In this document: positions 50,874 to 61,118 of the stretch, one piece after another | Position numbering within the stretch: position 1 is the first letter of the stretch | Layout of the letters: every line of letters begins with the position of its first letter | Origin: Candidatus Latescibacterota bacterium | GTDB taxonomy: Bacteria; Latescibacterota; UBA2968; GCA-2709665 | DNA length: 64,000 nt | Assembly (NCBI GenBank): GCA_965116875.1 | Contig: OZ220733.1 | Coordinates: 4,992,001-5,056,000, forward strand | Direction of reading: 5' to 3' | Position numbers and translations under genes: made by a program | The notes under the pieces: generated by a model | Database searches by the model: none | Seen by the model: the letters and a program-made list of their open reading frames with translations, nothing else | What the model was told of the DNA's origin: nothing

Positions 50874-51935
50874 TCACCCCTCCCCCACCTCCACCAAATC
50901 CACCCCGAATTCCGCTCCGATTTCGCAAACCGTTTCCCACGTCCGGTCGTCCACCTCGATGCCCTCCGTTTCCCGGCGCTCGGCGGTCCGGAACTCCGGT
51001 TCGCCCGGGGCGAGGATTTCATTGAACCCCGGCGCGAGGCGGCTGGATTTCACGTGGCGCATCAGCCCCTCCACTTCGTCGTAGAACGTCTCCATATCCG
51101 TGAAGTGTTCGATATCATAGGCATTGATCAACACGCCGTTGCTGATCATCTCACGGTCCCCGGCCGCGCACCCCTGGCCGCTCAGCGCCCCGCCGAGCAG
51201 TTCGACCATAATGCTCAGTCCATATCCCTTGTGCCCCGCGTCGCCCCCGAGCGGCAAGATGGCGCCCGGCGGGTCGTCCTTGAAGTCGTTCGGCTCCGTG
51301 GTTGGTTCACCCTTCCCGTCGATCAGCCATCCTTCCGGCACCTGGACGCCCTGATTGATCGCCAGCCGGATCTTGCCCTCGGCCACGATCGACGTGGTCA
51401 TATCCACGAGGATCGGTTCCGCGTCCCGCCGCGGCGCAGCGAATGCGATCGGATTCGTACTCAGCCGGCCATCGATGCCGCCGAACGGCGCAATCTGATA
51501 TCCCAGCCTGCCCGCATTCACGAAGATCTGCCCGATCATCCCCTCTTTCGCAACCATCAGCGGATACGCGCCCACCCGCCCGATGTGGCTCGTATTGCGC
51601 AGAACCACGGTCGCAACGCCGCTCTGTCGGGCCTTCTGGATCGCCAACCGGGTCGCGAACGTCGCCCCCACCTGCCCCATCGCGCCGCCGCCGTCCACCA
51701 CGGCGGTGCATGCGCGCTCGTTTACGACCCTGGGAGACGCATCCGGATTGAACCGGCCCTCCTGCACGGCCTTCGCGTACTCGTAGAAACGGATGGCGCC
51801 GTGGGAATCGTGCCCGAACAGATTGGAGTCCACGAGGTGGTCCACCACCGTACGTGCGTCCTCTTCGCGGCACCCGGCCGCTCGAAACAACGTATACCCC
51901 ACCCCACGCAATACGTCGGGCTTGAACTTTGGCAC
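50874..51935 (-). CDS. Ldh_2 family (type 2 malate/L-lactate/sulfolactate) dehydrogenase
   Basis: GHDSHG, HIGRVG, TNPIAFA, GHKGYGL, PGEPE. Confidence 0.9.
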   Translation of the reverse strand: MPKFKPDVLRGVGYTLFRAAGCREEDARTVVDHLVDSNLFGHDSHGAIRFYEYAKAVQEGRFNPDASPRVVNERACTAVVDGGGAMGQVGATFATRLAIQKARQSGVATVVLRNTSHIGRVGAYPLMVAKEGMIGQIFVNAGRLGYQIAPFGGIDGRLSTNPIAFAAPRRDAEPILVDMTTSIVAEGKIRLAINQGVQVPEGWLIDGKGEPTTEPNDFKDDPPGAILPLGGDAGHKGYGLSIMVELLGGALSGQGCAAGDREMISNGVLINAYDIEHFTDMETFYDEVEGLMRHVKSSRLAPGFNEILAPGEPEFRTAERRETEGIEVDDRTWETVCEIGAEFGVDLVEVGEG

Positions 51936-52381
51936 TTTAACTCCTTGCGTTAGAACGTTTCACGCCGCGACCGGCATCACCGCCGAGCCGGGCTACGACG
52001 CAACAATCGTCCGGCCTGATGTGTTTCGCTTGATATGGCCGAACGATACGCCCTGTCCGGCCCGGAATCAAGGACAAAACGGAATGTATTACCTGGACTT
52101 CGAACAGTCGTGATGCAGATCGCACCGGGATGAAATGACATCCGAGAACCGAACGGTAATCCAATCGAAAACGCCGTCTCTCTTCCATCCCGTGAGACGG
52201 CGGCGGTGAGTCGTGGCGTGTCCGGACGCAAGATTCCAATGTTTCGGTTTCGTTTACGTGAGCAGACAGGAATGTCCGCTCCACCCTAAAGGCGCTTTTC
52301 CGGATCCGCGAGCGGTTGTCAGAAGACGCGGATTGGAATCATCCCCCAGGTTTGTATAGGAGGAATCGCTTCTGCGACGTC

Positions 52382-53419
52382 CTATTCCGCTGATTCCTCT
52401 TCATCCGCGTCTGCTCGCGCATCGTACAGTCGTTTCCTGTATTGTGCGGCGGTCATTCCGTGTTCCGACATGCGGAGTTGAAAATACTGGCGCCCGATGC
52501 CGCTTTTCAGGGCCGCCCGCGACACGTTTCCGTCCGTGCTCACGAGCGCCCGGTGCAGGTACTCTTTCGTGAACCCGTCCATGCAGATCCTGCGCGCGTC
52601 CTTGTAGGGAAGATTGTAGATGCCGCGGTCCGGCACGTTCTCCGCGTCCCGGAGCTCGGCGGGAAGGTCATCAGGCCCGATAACGTCACCATCGGTAAGC
52701 GCCTGCGCGCCGGCAATCGCATGCGCGAGTTCTCTGATGTTCCCGGGCCAGTCATATCCTTCCAGTAGGGCGAATGTCTCCGGGGACATTCTGCATGCTG
52801 CCTTTCCGACACGGGCGAACCGCTCCAGAAAATGGGCGACCAGAAGCGGAATGTCGCTTCTGCGTTCCCTCAGCGGGGGCAAATGGAGCTGGATTACCCG
52901 AAGGCGGAAATACAGGTCATTTCGAAACCGCCCCGCTGCAACCCCCTGCTTCAGGTCCCGGTTCGTCGCCGCGACAACCCGGACGCCCGCCGTTTTCCAT
53001 CGGTGGTCGCCGACCATCCGGTATTCGCCTTCCTGAATCAGCCGAAGCAACTGCCGCTGGAGGGGTTGATCGAGCTCACCAACTTCATCGAAAAAAAGCG
53101 TTCCACCTTGTGCGACCCCAACCAGTCCGGGGCGGGAATCCGTGGCGCCGGTGAACGCCCCCCGGACATGCCCGAACAGTTCGCTCCGTCCCATCTCTTT
53201 TCCCAGCATACCGCAGTCCACAACGACAAATGGAGCGCCCGCACGAGGGCTGCAGTCGTGGATCTCCCGGGCGATGAGTTCCTTCCCGGTCCCGGACTCG
53301 CCGGTAACCAGTACGGGCAATTCGCTCTCGCCTGCCCGGCGCGCGAACGTCCGCACCTCGACGAATGAGGGATGAACGCCCACCATCGTGTCTGTACTGC
53401 AGCAGGAACTCCCGGGCAT
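52382..53419 (-). CDS. sigma54-dependent activator lacking an N-terminal sensory domain
   Basis: GESGTGKE, ELFGHVRGAFTGA, FFDEVGE, WPGNIREL, Fis-type HTH. Confidence 0.88.
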   Translation of the reverse strand: MPGSSCCSTDTMVGVHPSFVEVRTFARRAGESELPVLVTGESGTGKELIAREIHDCSPRAGAPFVVVDCGMLGKEMGRSELFGHVRGAFTGATDSRPGLVGVAQGGTLFFDEVGELDQPLQRQLLRLIQEGEYRMVGDHRWKTAGVRVVAATNRDLKQGVAAGRFRNDLYFRLRVIQLHLPPLRERRSDIPLLVAHFLERFARVGKAACRMSPETFALLEGYDWPGNIRELAHAIAGAQALTDGDVIGPDDLPAELRDAENVPDRGIYNLPYKDARRICMDGFTKEYLHRALVSTDGNVSRAALKSGIGRQYFQLRMSEHGMTAAQYRKRLYDARADADEEESAE

Positions 53420-53521
53420 TTCTCGAAGCCTGGTCCGCCCTTCCTCGCAGGTGAGGGAACGACCGATTTAGCGTTGGGTATGCCGGCAAACAACGCGCAT
53501 GCGATACAACAGCGTCTTATC

Positions 53522-53656
53522 TGCAAACATCGTACCGGAAAACAATAAAGCGCCCCCAATTCATCGCAGGCGCTTTTAAAACAACAGTTTGAGATTTCAG
53601 TCTTCATATGCAACCCGGCTGTTCACGTTCCATCCGGTGTCTACCTGTGTAGACAC
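53522..53656 (-). promoter_or_regulatory. sigma54 promoter with IHF-like site and palindromic UAS
   Basis: Minus strand CGGTAC-gatgt-TTGCA (53537-53522); AAACAAcagtTTG (53579-53591); GTGTCTAC-ctgt-GTAGACAC (53637-53656). Confidence 0.55.
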
Positions 53657-53766
53657 ATTGTTCACCGGAAAGCGCCGCAACTCCATTCGCACGCATAACC
53701 TGTTGGAAATACATCATAATTCGACTGTCTGCCCGAGTTGACGACATATCAGAACCTGACCGGCTG

Positions 53767-56592
53767 TCAACCGGCGTCAACCCGGGCGCTGAGGCCGTGG
53801 CGGTCCATTTTCTTGTACAAACCGGATCGCGAAAGGCCCAGCTCCAATGCGGATCGGGTGATGTGCCCGTTGTTCTTGTCGAGCACCTGAGAAAGATACC
53901 GTTTTTCGACCGACTGCAGAAACGCTCTCAGGGTACCTGACGGTTCGCTGACCCCACCCGCTTCATTGCGTATGCGCTCTGAGAGCAGCCCCACGTCGAG
54001 AATACCGCCGTTCTCGGCGAGTGCCACAGCGCGGCGTATCTCGTTGTCCAGCTGGCGTATATTACCCGGCCAGTCGTATCTCGCCAATGCCTTCAGCGCG
54101 CCCGACGTCAGACCCGTCATGGTCTTCCCGGCTTCACGCGCGGCGTTGCGCAGGAGATGCCCCGCCAGCGGCGGAATGTCGTCCTTCCTGTCTCTCAGCG
54201 CCGGCATCTCGATGGTCAACACCTGGAGCCGATAGAAGAGATCTTTCCTGAACCTCCCTCGTGAAACCGCCTTTTCCAGGTCCGTATTCGTCGCCGCAAT
54301 GACTCGCACGTCTACACTGCGCGTTTTACTCTCCCCCATGCGCCGGAGTTCGCCGTTCTGCAGCACGCGGAGCAGGCTGGCCTGCGCCTGAGGCGCCGCG
54401 TCCGCGATTTCATCGAGAAAGACCGTGCCGCCATGCGCCGTTTCGAACAGCCCGGCTCGATCCGACACGGCGCCCGTAAACGATCCTTTTTTGTGACCGA
54501 ACAACTCGCTATGGATCAGTTCTCCGGAAAGCGTGCCGCAATTCTGAGTCAGAAACAGGCGATCTCTGATGCCGCTGTTTTCGTGAATCGCACGAGCAGC
54601 CAATTCCTTTCCCGTTCCCGTTTCGCCCAGTATGAGGACCGGCAGATCCGTCCTGGCGGCCAACTCGATCAGGCGATAGACGGCCTGCATCGCCTGACTT
54701 GCGCCTACAAGCCCGCCGAATTCCTTCCTTCCCGTCGCGTCGCGCTCCCGGTACAGCGTACGTTCCTTCAGTCTGCTTCTCATTCGGGCTTGAACCACGC
54801 CTACAGACAGTATGCCGGCCAGCGCCACCAGGAACCTCCGGTCTGCTTCGGTAACTCCCCTGCCGGTGCCACGAAGCTCCAGAACCAATGCCCCCGGCAA
54901 TCCTGACTCTGACCGGTACAGAGGTATGCATGCCACCGGACGGCTGCCGAAGTCGAATACACGTTGCCGTTTCTCGAAACGCATTTCCGGCCCGGCCTCT
55001 GCGCCAAATAACGGCTTGTTATTCTCAAGCGCCCGGCGGGTCACCTCACGGAAAATGGCATCTGCCTCGCCGTCTTCGCCGTCTCGAAACCGTGCCACTT
55101 CGGTACGTAATGCTCCAGACGCGGCATCCTTCAACACGATGGCGGCCGATACCGCGCCCAATACCTCCAGACAAATGTCCACGGTTCTGTTCATCAGTAA
55201 CGTCAGATCGAGGCCCCGCCCCAGAACCGCTGCAAGGTCTGAGATCGCCACAATTCTGTCCATGGCAGGACGATGCGACGGCGAACCCGCGGTACCAGGT
55301 CGGACCTCCAGCCGTGCCAACCTGGCAAGCAGTTTCGATGCTTTCCGTGCGTAGAAGGGTGTCTGAATGGCAGTCGCCTTGCGTTTCGCCGCCTCGAGCC
55401 GCCGGTGCGCCATTTCACTGTTACCATGCTCCAGGAAGAATCGACCCGACGCCAGCAGCGAACGGCACCATTCAAACCGCCGGCTTGCCTCATTGCACTC
55501 AATCGCCTGTTCAAAGGCGTCTTCCGCCTCCTTGAAACGCTTCGCGGACGCCAACGCGACGCCGATACCGCGCCACGCCACGGAAGGGGTTTCGCCCGAC
55601 ACACGGGTACCAGGCCGGGCTCTGTCCGCCCACTTCACCGCCTCATTCCCATTTCCCAGAGCCGCGTGAGCCTCCGCCAACAGTCCGCATGCCCAGTACT
55701 GTTGATATGCGTCCTTTACGTGAGACAGAACCTCCACTGCCTTTCTTCCGTACGCAACCGCGGTCTTTGCATCGTTCTTCTCAAGCGCAATCGAGCCGAG
55801 GTAAAACTGGCTCACGCCTTCTTTCGCGGTTCGCCTCCAGTCGCCTTCCGAATCCAACTTTGAGCGGAAGATGTCTTCTGCACTATCGAATTTTCCGGTC
55901 TGAAAGGCGGTCGTTCCCACCAGAATCATATCGGCGATGTGCCCGCGCCCACAGCCCCCGTCGTCGGACCGTTGCAGAGCAGATTGGAACCCGGCATGCG
56001 CATCCCCGAGACGTTCGTCCAGATGTGCGATACATGCCCTGAAATAGCTGGCTTGCGACGTGCTCATTGCGTCATCGGACTGTCCGTAGTGTTCTGATAT
56101 GCGCCCAAACTGCACTCTGGCTTCGGCCCGTCGCTCCATCCGTACATACAGGTCGGCGAGCCATCCCCTCGCTTCAATTTCCTTCTTCCCCCGTCCGAGC
56201 TTGCTGTAGATTGCAATCGCATCCAGAAATGCCCGCTCGGCGTCGTCGAACAGACGGGAACGGGCATTGAGGATACCGAACTGGCACAGAACCAGCGCCT
56301 TCTCACCGGGAGTGTCGTCTGAAATCAGCGACCACGCGTCCTGCGCGCTTTTTCTGGCCTCCTCGACATTTCCCCGCAAAGACAGCGCATTGGAATAGTC
56401 GCACAGAAACCTTACGGCGGATCTGACGCTCCCTGCAGGCACAGCATCCGGATCATCGACTTTGGTACGCGGCTTCGACACGTCTTCAATCATAACTTTC
56501 GCGCGGAATATTCTCTGTACGATGAGCGCCGGCTTACAGGCGTGGACGAGGTGGTTATCGGCCTCCTCGACATCTCCGAACTTCCGGCGCAA
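53767..56592 (-). CDS. TPR-GAF-AAA+ sigma54-dependent activator
   Basis: TPR-like N-terminus, GAF, GETGTGKE, GHKKGSFTGA, WPGNIRQL, HTH; start may be ATG 56493. Confidence 0.85.
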   Translation of the reverse strand: MRRKFGDVEEADNHLVHACKPALIVQRIFRAKVMIEDVSKPRTKVDDPDAVPAGSVRSAVRFLCDYSNALSLRGNVEEARKSAQDAWSLISDDTPGEKALVLCQFGILNARSRLFDDAERAFLDAIAIYSKLGRGKKEIEARGWLADLYVRMERRAEARVQFGRISEHYGQSDDAMSTSQASYFRACIAHLDERLGDAHAGFQSALQRSDDGGCGRGHIADMILVGTTAFQTGKFDSAEDIFRSKLDSEGDWRRTAKEGVSQFYLGSIALEKNDAKTAVAYGRKAVEVLSHVKDAYQQYWACGLLAEAHAALGNGNEAVKWADRARPGTRVSGETPSVAWRGIGVALASAKRFKEAEDAFEQAIECNEASRRFEWCRSLLASGRFFLEHGNSEMAHRRLEAAKRKATAIQTPFYARKASKLLARLARLEVRPGTAGSPSHRPAMDRIVAISDLAAVLGRGLDLTLLMNRTVDICLEVLGAVSAAIVLKDAASGALRTEVARFRDGEDGEADAIFREVTRRALENNKPLFGAEAGPEMRFEKRQRVFDFGSRPVACIPLYRSESGLPGALVLELRGTGRGVTEADRRFLVALAGILSVGVVQARMRSRLKERTLYRERDATGRKEFGGLVGASQAMQAVYRLIELAARTDLPVLILGETGTGKELAARAIHENSGIRDRLFLTQNCGTLSGELIHSELFGHKKGSFTGAVSDRAGLFETAHGGTVFLDEIADAAPQAQASLLRVLQNGELRRMGESKTRSVDVRVIAATNTDLEKAVSRGRFRKDLFYRLQVLTIEMPALRDRKDDIPPLAGHLLRNAAREAGKTMTGLTSGALKALARYDWPGNIRQLDNEIRRAVALAENGGILDVGLLSERIRNEAGGVSEPSGTLRAFLQSVEKRYLSQVLDKNNGHITRSALELGLSRSGLYKKMDRHGLSARVDAG

Positions 56593-56688
56593 TGAAACGC
56601 GAAGGGGTCGACATCCTGAGGCGTCTTCCCGGTACGATGGACCCCCAGCGCGAAACCTGAAATATTGCTGATCCGAAGATTACTCCGT

Positions 56689-58824
56689 TCAACCCCGCTC
56701 CATCAGCAGTTCCAGCGGATGGATGACCCTGATGCCGGTACCCTCGCGCAGGTGGATGGCGCACACGCTGCTTTCGGTGACGATGGTGTCCACGTTCGCT
56801 TCCTGAAAGGCCTGGAACAGCGGCTCTCCCACGGCCTGCGAGAGCTCGTACCCCAGCAACCCCTTCTTCATACCGAACGTCCCGGCCATGCCGCAGCAGG
56901 TGCCCGTCTGAACCAGTTCGACTTCCGCGCCGCGGCGTCTCAGATAGTCCATCGCCTGCCGGCCGGCATCCAGGGGCCGCTGGTGACACGACACATGGAA
57001 GCCGAACCGGCGGCCTTTGTACAGGGTCGTTTGTTCGGCGCCGCCGGCGAGCGTTTCGAGCATTTCCAGATAAGCGAACAGTTCGAACGTCCGATCGGCC
57101 ACTGCCTGGGCATCCTCACGGCCGTGCAGCAGCTTGGGGTACGAAACCTTCAGACAGTATGCCGCCGTCGGCTCGGTGGCCACAACGTCGTACCCGGCCC
57201 CTATATGGGGCATCATCAGACGTACGTTCTCGTCAGCCAGCTTTTCCGCCCGCTTCAGGTCTCCGTATCCGATGTAGGGATAACCGCTGCCGCGCTGCCT
57301 CGGCAGGATGACCTCGCACCCGAGCGCTTCCAGCGCCCCCACCGCGGCCCGGCCCAGTTCCGGCGCATTGTAGGCCGCATATATATCCGCGAAGAACACC
57401 GCCCGTCGAACCGGGTCCTTCGACCGCTGCACCGCACCCCGCTTCCTGAACCACTTCGACAGTGTCTGGCGCCGGAACGGGGGCAGCGCCCGTCTCCTGT
57501 CGATACCCGTAAACGCCTCCATCGCCCACCGGAACAACCCGTTTCTCATCATCCAGTTGGAGACCGGCGCCGTGGCGCAGCCGAACTTCGCCATCCCCTC
57601 CGCAGCCATCAGAATCCGGTTCACTCGTGGATGCCCGTTCTGCTCCCCGTCTCTATCCTTCACGCCGGCGATCATCATGGGTATATCGATTCCGGCCGGG
57701 CAGATCTCCTTGCAGAGCCCGCAGGAAACACAGAGCGGCGCGAATTCGGCGGCCTTGTCCAGTCCGTGCACTTCCGACGTCCAGGGGATCCCGATCGGCC
57801 CCGGATAGATGTAGCCGAACGTGTGCCCGCCCACCACGCCGTAGGTGGGGCAGATATTCATACAGGCGCCGCAGCGGATGCAGTTCAATGCATCCTTGAA
57901 CAGGGGATCTTCCCGCATCTTGCTGCGCCCGTTATCCAGTATGATGATGTGCGACTCCCTCGGTCCCCGCCCCTCCCCCTCGCCAAGCGGAGACCTCCCC
58001 CCCATCATGGTCACGTACGTCGTCAGATGCTGCCCGACGGCGCTGATGGGATGCGCCAGCATCATCTGCAACGCATCCTCCACGGTATCCACGATTTTCT
58101 CCCGCCCCATGATGCAGATATGCACGTCGGGAATGCTGGATACGAGTCGCGCGTTGCCCTCATTCGTCTCGATCACAATGGCGCCGGTCTCGGCGACCCC
58201 CACGTTGGCCCCGGTCATCCCGATATCGGCATTCAGGAAAATCGGACGCAGATACTTGCGCACGATCCGCATGATGGCGTCGACGTCATTCGGCACGTCC
58301 TGCTGCGTCACCTCCCGGAAGATCTCCGCCACCTGCACCGCCGTTTTGTGCACCGCGGGGAAGACGAGGTGAAAGGGCTTTTCATTCACCTTCTGGATGA
58401 TCAACTCGCCCAGATCCGTCTCGATCACATCCACGCCGGCTTCTTCCAGCGGGTGATTCACTTCGATTTCCTCGCTCGTGAGCGACTTGGACTTGGCCAC
58501 GGTCCCGGCGCCGCGTCTCTTCACAATATCCAGAATGTATGAAATCGCGGCGGGCCCGTCGTTCGCCATGAATACCATGGCGCCGCGCTCCCGCACCTTT
58601 CCTGCAAACCGGTCCACCAGTTCGTCCTGCTGATCGAGACACCGGACCTTTACGGAACGAACCGTGTTACGAAACGACTCGCCTCCAGGCAGCGCGCCAA
58701 CCGCCTTGTGCCGGCTGTCCCGCCCGCGTTTCATGGCGCGGTAAAGCGCCGTCCGGCTGGATCGCTCCTTCAGTGCATGATCGATCTTTTCTTCCAATTG
58801 TCGATACCGGCCCTTCAACATCAT
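56689..58824 (-). CDS. LutB/LldF iron-sulfur protein fused to Cys-rich (CCG, GlpC/LutA-like) domains
   Basis: ETDLGE, TNEGNAR, CIRCGACMNICP, CVSCGLCKEICP, TCCGMAGTFG. Confidence 0.88.
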   Translation of the reverse strand: MMLKGRYRQLEEKIDHALKERSSRTALYRAMKRGRDSRHKAVGALPGGESFRNTVRSVKVRCLDQQDELVDRFAGKVRERGAMVFMANDGPAAISYILDIVKRRGAGTVAKSKSLTSEEIEVNHPLEEAGVDVIETDLGELIIQKVNEKPFHLVFPAVHKTAVQVAEIFREVTQQDVPNDVDAIMRIVRKYLRPIFLNADIGMTGANVGVAETGAIVIETNEGNARLVSSIPDVHICIMGREKIVDTVEDALQMMLAHPISAVGQHLTTYVTMMGGRSPLGEGEGRGPRESHIIILDNGRSKMREDPLFKDALNCIRCGACMNICPTYGVVGGHTFGYIYPGPIGIPWTSEVHGLDKAAEFAPLCVSCGLCKEICPAGIDIPMMIAGVKDRDGEQNGHPRVNRILMAAEGMAKFGCATAPVSNWMMRNGLFRWAMEAFTGIDRRRALPPFRRQTLSKWFRKRGAVQRSKDPVRRAVFFADIYAAYNAPELGRAAVGALEALGCEVILPRQRGSGYPYIGYGDLKRAEKLADENVRLMMPHIGAGYDVVATEPTAAYCLKVSYPKLLHGREDAQAVADRTFELFAYLEMLETLAGGAEQTTLYKGRRFGFHVSCHQRPLDAGRQAMDYLRRRGAEVELVQTGTCCGMAGTFGMKKGLLGYELSQAVGEPLFQAFQEANVDTIVTESSVCAIHLREGTGIRVIHPLELLMERG

Positions 58825-58887
58825 CCCTTTCCTTTCGTACCTGGCGTTTCATCAGTCCTTTCGAAACCGGGTCTGCAGATCCTGTTG

Positions 58888-59454
58888 TTACTGGTTCAGA
58901 ATGACCGCGTGGGCCATCTCAGGGCCATGTACACCCAACGTGAGACGCATCTCTATATCCGCCGTGCGGCTTGGACCGGATATGAACGTCACGGTTGCAT
59001 TCTCCGGCTGCGCCGCCATAAAGGCCCGCACCCTCGGTCCGGCGTCCAACAGTGACTCCTCGATCTCCCCTGCGCGAACGATCCCCAGATGTATCCTTGG
59101 CAACGTGGATACCAGGCGTGTCGCGTCGTTTGTCGCAAATTCAACGAGCGCACCGGCCTCCGCCACCGCGAACTCCGCCCAGGACACCCCGACGTGAGCG
59201 GCGTCGATGGCGCCCGGGAGCGTGCGGCCGTCGTATGGCGGCTTCAACAGGTCAACTCCCGCATCGGCACAACGCCGCTCCAGCGTCCGCGTCAACTCGT
59301 CCGGGAGTTCGGCCGCGGCCAGCCGCGTGCCTCCGGCGTCGTGGACCACGGAAAGCACCGCCTCGGCGGCGGATTCCGTGCTGTCCACCAGATGCGCGCG
59401 TCCTGACAGCGTTTCGTACTTTGAGACAAACCGTTCAATCACATCGACCGTCAT
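58888..59454 (-). CDS. LUD domain protein (LutC/YkgG-like)
   Basis: ISGPSRTADIE, GVHGP. Confidence 0.9.
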   Translation of the reverse strand: MTVDVIERFVSKYETLSGRAHLVDSTESAAEAVLSVVHDAGGTRLAAAELPDELTRTLERRCADAGVDLLKPPYDGRTLPGAIDAAHVGVSWAEFAVAEAGALVEFATNDATRLVSTLPRIHLGIVRAGEIEESLLDAGPRVRAFMAAQPENATVTFISGPSRTADIEMRLTLGVHGPEMAHAVILNQ

Positions 59455-59820
59455 AGCCCCGCCCCTTTCGATAACACCTGGAAACCGCCCCGATCGGGCG
59501 CCACCAAGGTAAGCGCAAAACGGCCTGCGGTCAACCGTCTACCGTACGGACTGATCACCCGAACCCGATCGTTTTCGTTTGGCGCGTTTGCCACGCGAAC
59601 GTATATTCGTCGGGCTCAGCATGAGGCCCTGTTTCTGCCGCCGCCAGCCGGTTTCCATCATACCGGTACCGGCCGATTCGGTACATCGAAACCGGTGTCA
59701 ATGCCCGCGTCCGGGGACGGATTTCCGCGTGTGAATCCATTGGCGCGGAGATTCCGGGCGGCATGGCGGTCGAATTCCATACAGGTACAATCTTCACAAC
59801 GGATACCTGGAGCATTCCCG

Positions 59821-60816
59821 ATGTCGAATCCCATTCGCATTGTACATATCGGTCTGGGGCCGCTCGGCCGGATGCTGGGGCCCTATCTCACGGAAAAGGA
59901 CCATTTGCGGGTCGTCGGCGCCGTCGACGTGGACCCAGTAAAGGCCGGCCAGGATCTGGGGGCCGCGTACAATCTGGATCGTCCGCTTGACGTCGCCGTG
60001 GAGGGATCATTGGACGCCGGAATGATGAATGACGCCGACGTGGCCGTTGTCACGACGGTGTCCGACCTGCAAGCGCTGTACCCCACGCTGGAACAGGCGA
60101 TGGAAGGCGGTCTGAACGTCGTTTCCACCTGCGAGGAACTGGCGTATCCCTGGGATGCCGAGCCGGAACTCGCCGGGCGCATCGACGACCTCGCAAAGGC
60201 GAACCGGGTATCCGTATTGGGCACAGGCGTGAATCCGGGGTTTCTGATGGACTTTCTTCCTGTGGCCACGACGGCGGTGTGCCGTAACGTTGAATCCATC
60301 CGGATCGAACGCATCCAGGACGCTTCCCTGCGTCGCCTCCCCTTCCGTCGGAAAATCGGCGCGGGACTCTCCATCGAGGCGTTTCAGGAACGTGTCAGAA
60401 GCCGCCGGATCCGCCACGTGGGATTGACGCAATCCATGCAGATGGTCGCCTCCAGACTCGGCTGGCGCCTGGACAGGACCGAGGATGCCGTGGAACCGGT
60501 GGTCGCACAGACGGAAGTACGGGGAAAGGACTGGTCCGTCCCGGCCGGCGCCGCAACCGGCGTCAACCAGACGGGACGGGGTTTTGTGGACAATCGGGAG
60601 GTCCTCACGCTCGTGTTTCGCGCGACCGTGGGCGAAACGCAACCCAGAGACCGCATCTTCGTCAACGGCACTCCGGAAGTCGACCTTACGGTTGCCGGCG
60701 GCATCAACGGAGACGTGGCCACGTGTTCGATCGTTGCCAACGCGATTCCGGTTATCCATGGGGCTTTGCCGGGCCTGCGCACCATGGTCGATATCGCCCC
60801 GATATCGGCTGTCTAG
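59821..60816 (+). CDS. 2,4-diaminopentanoate dehydrogenase-like NAD(P)-dependent oxidoreductase
   Basis: GLGPLG, NVVSTCEELAYPW, GTGVNPGFLMD, GDVAT. Confidence 0.8.
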   Translation: MSNPIRIVHIGLGPLGRMLGPYLTEKDHLRVVGAVDVDPVKAGQDLGAAYNLDRPLDVAVEGSLDAGMMNDADVAVVTTVSDLQALYPTLEQAMEGGLNVVSTCEELAYPWDAEPELAGRIDDLAKANRVSVLGTGVNPGFLMDFLPVATTAVCRNVESIRIERIQDASLRRLPFRRKIGAGLSIEAFQERVRSRRIRHVGLTQSMQMVASRLGWRLDRTEDAVEPVVAQTEVRGKDWSVPAGAATGVNQTGRGFVDNREVLTLVFRATVGETQPRDRIFVNGTPEVDLTVAGGINGDVATCSIVANAIPVIHGALPGLRTMVDIAPISAV

Positions 60817-61047
60817 CCCGTCCGGGAACTGCCGCTCTGACAATCGCCTGTCATCCTCGGCCCCGGGCGCCTCGTCGTCCTCTCTGCGCTTTCCGATCCC
60901 GGACTGCACCCCGGGAACCACAAACCTGTTGCAAAACAACCACATCTGTGTTATTCTTTCACAGAACAGGCCCATGTGCCTGCCGCGGGATTCGGCGTAA
61001 ATCGCGGTTTTTCAATCTCATTTGCGTCCGATTTCAAAAGGCCGTAC

Positions 61048-61062
61048 TGGTACGGTTTTTGC
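61048..61062 (+). promoter_or_regulatory. sigma54 promoter
   Basis: TGGTAC-ggttt-TTGC, 56 nt upstream of ATG 61119. Confidence 0.65.
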
Positions 61063-61118
61063 GCATTCTGATTTACCGCTCTGAATGTGGTCGATGGATT
61101 CCAGCGGAGGTCAGTACG

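Noticed and set aside
51936-52381. Hairpins downstream of the short activator as an ncRNA
   Set aside because: Only isolated stems and one REP-like AGCAGACAGGAATGTCCGCT unit; no promoter or coherent fold seen
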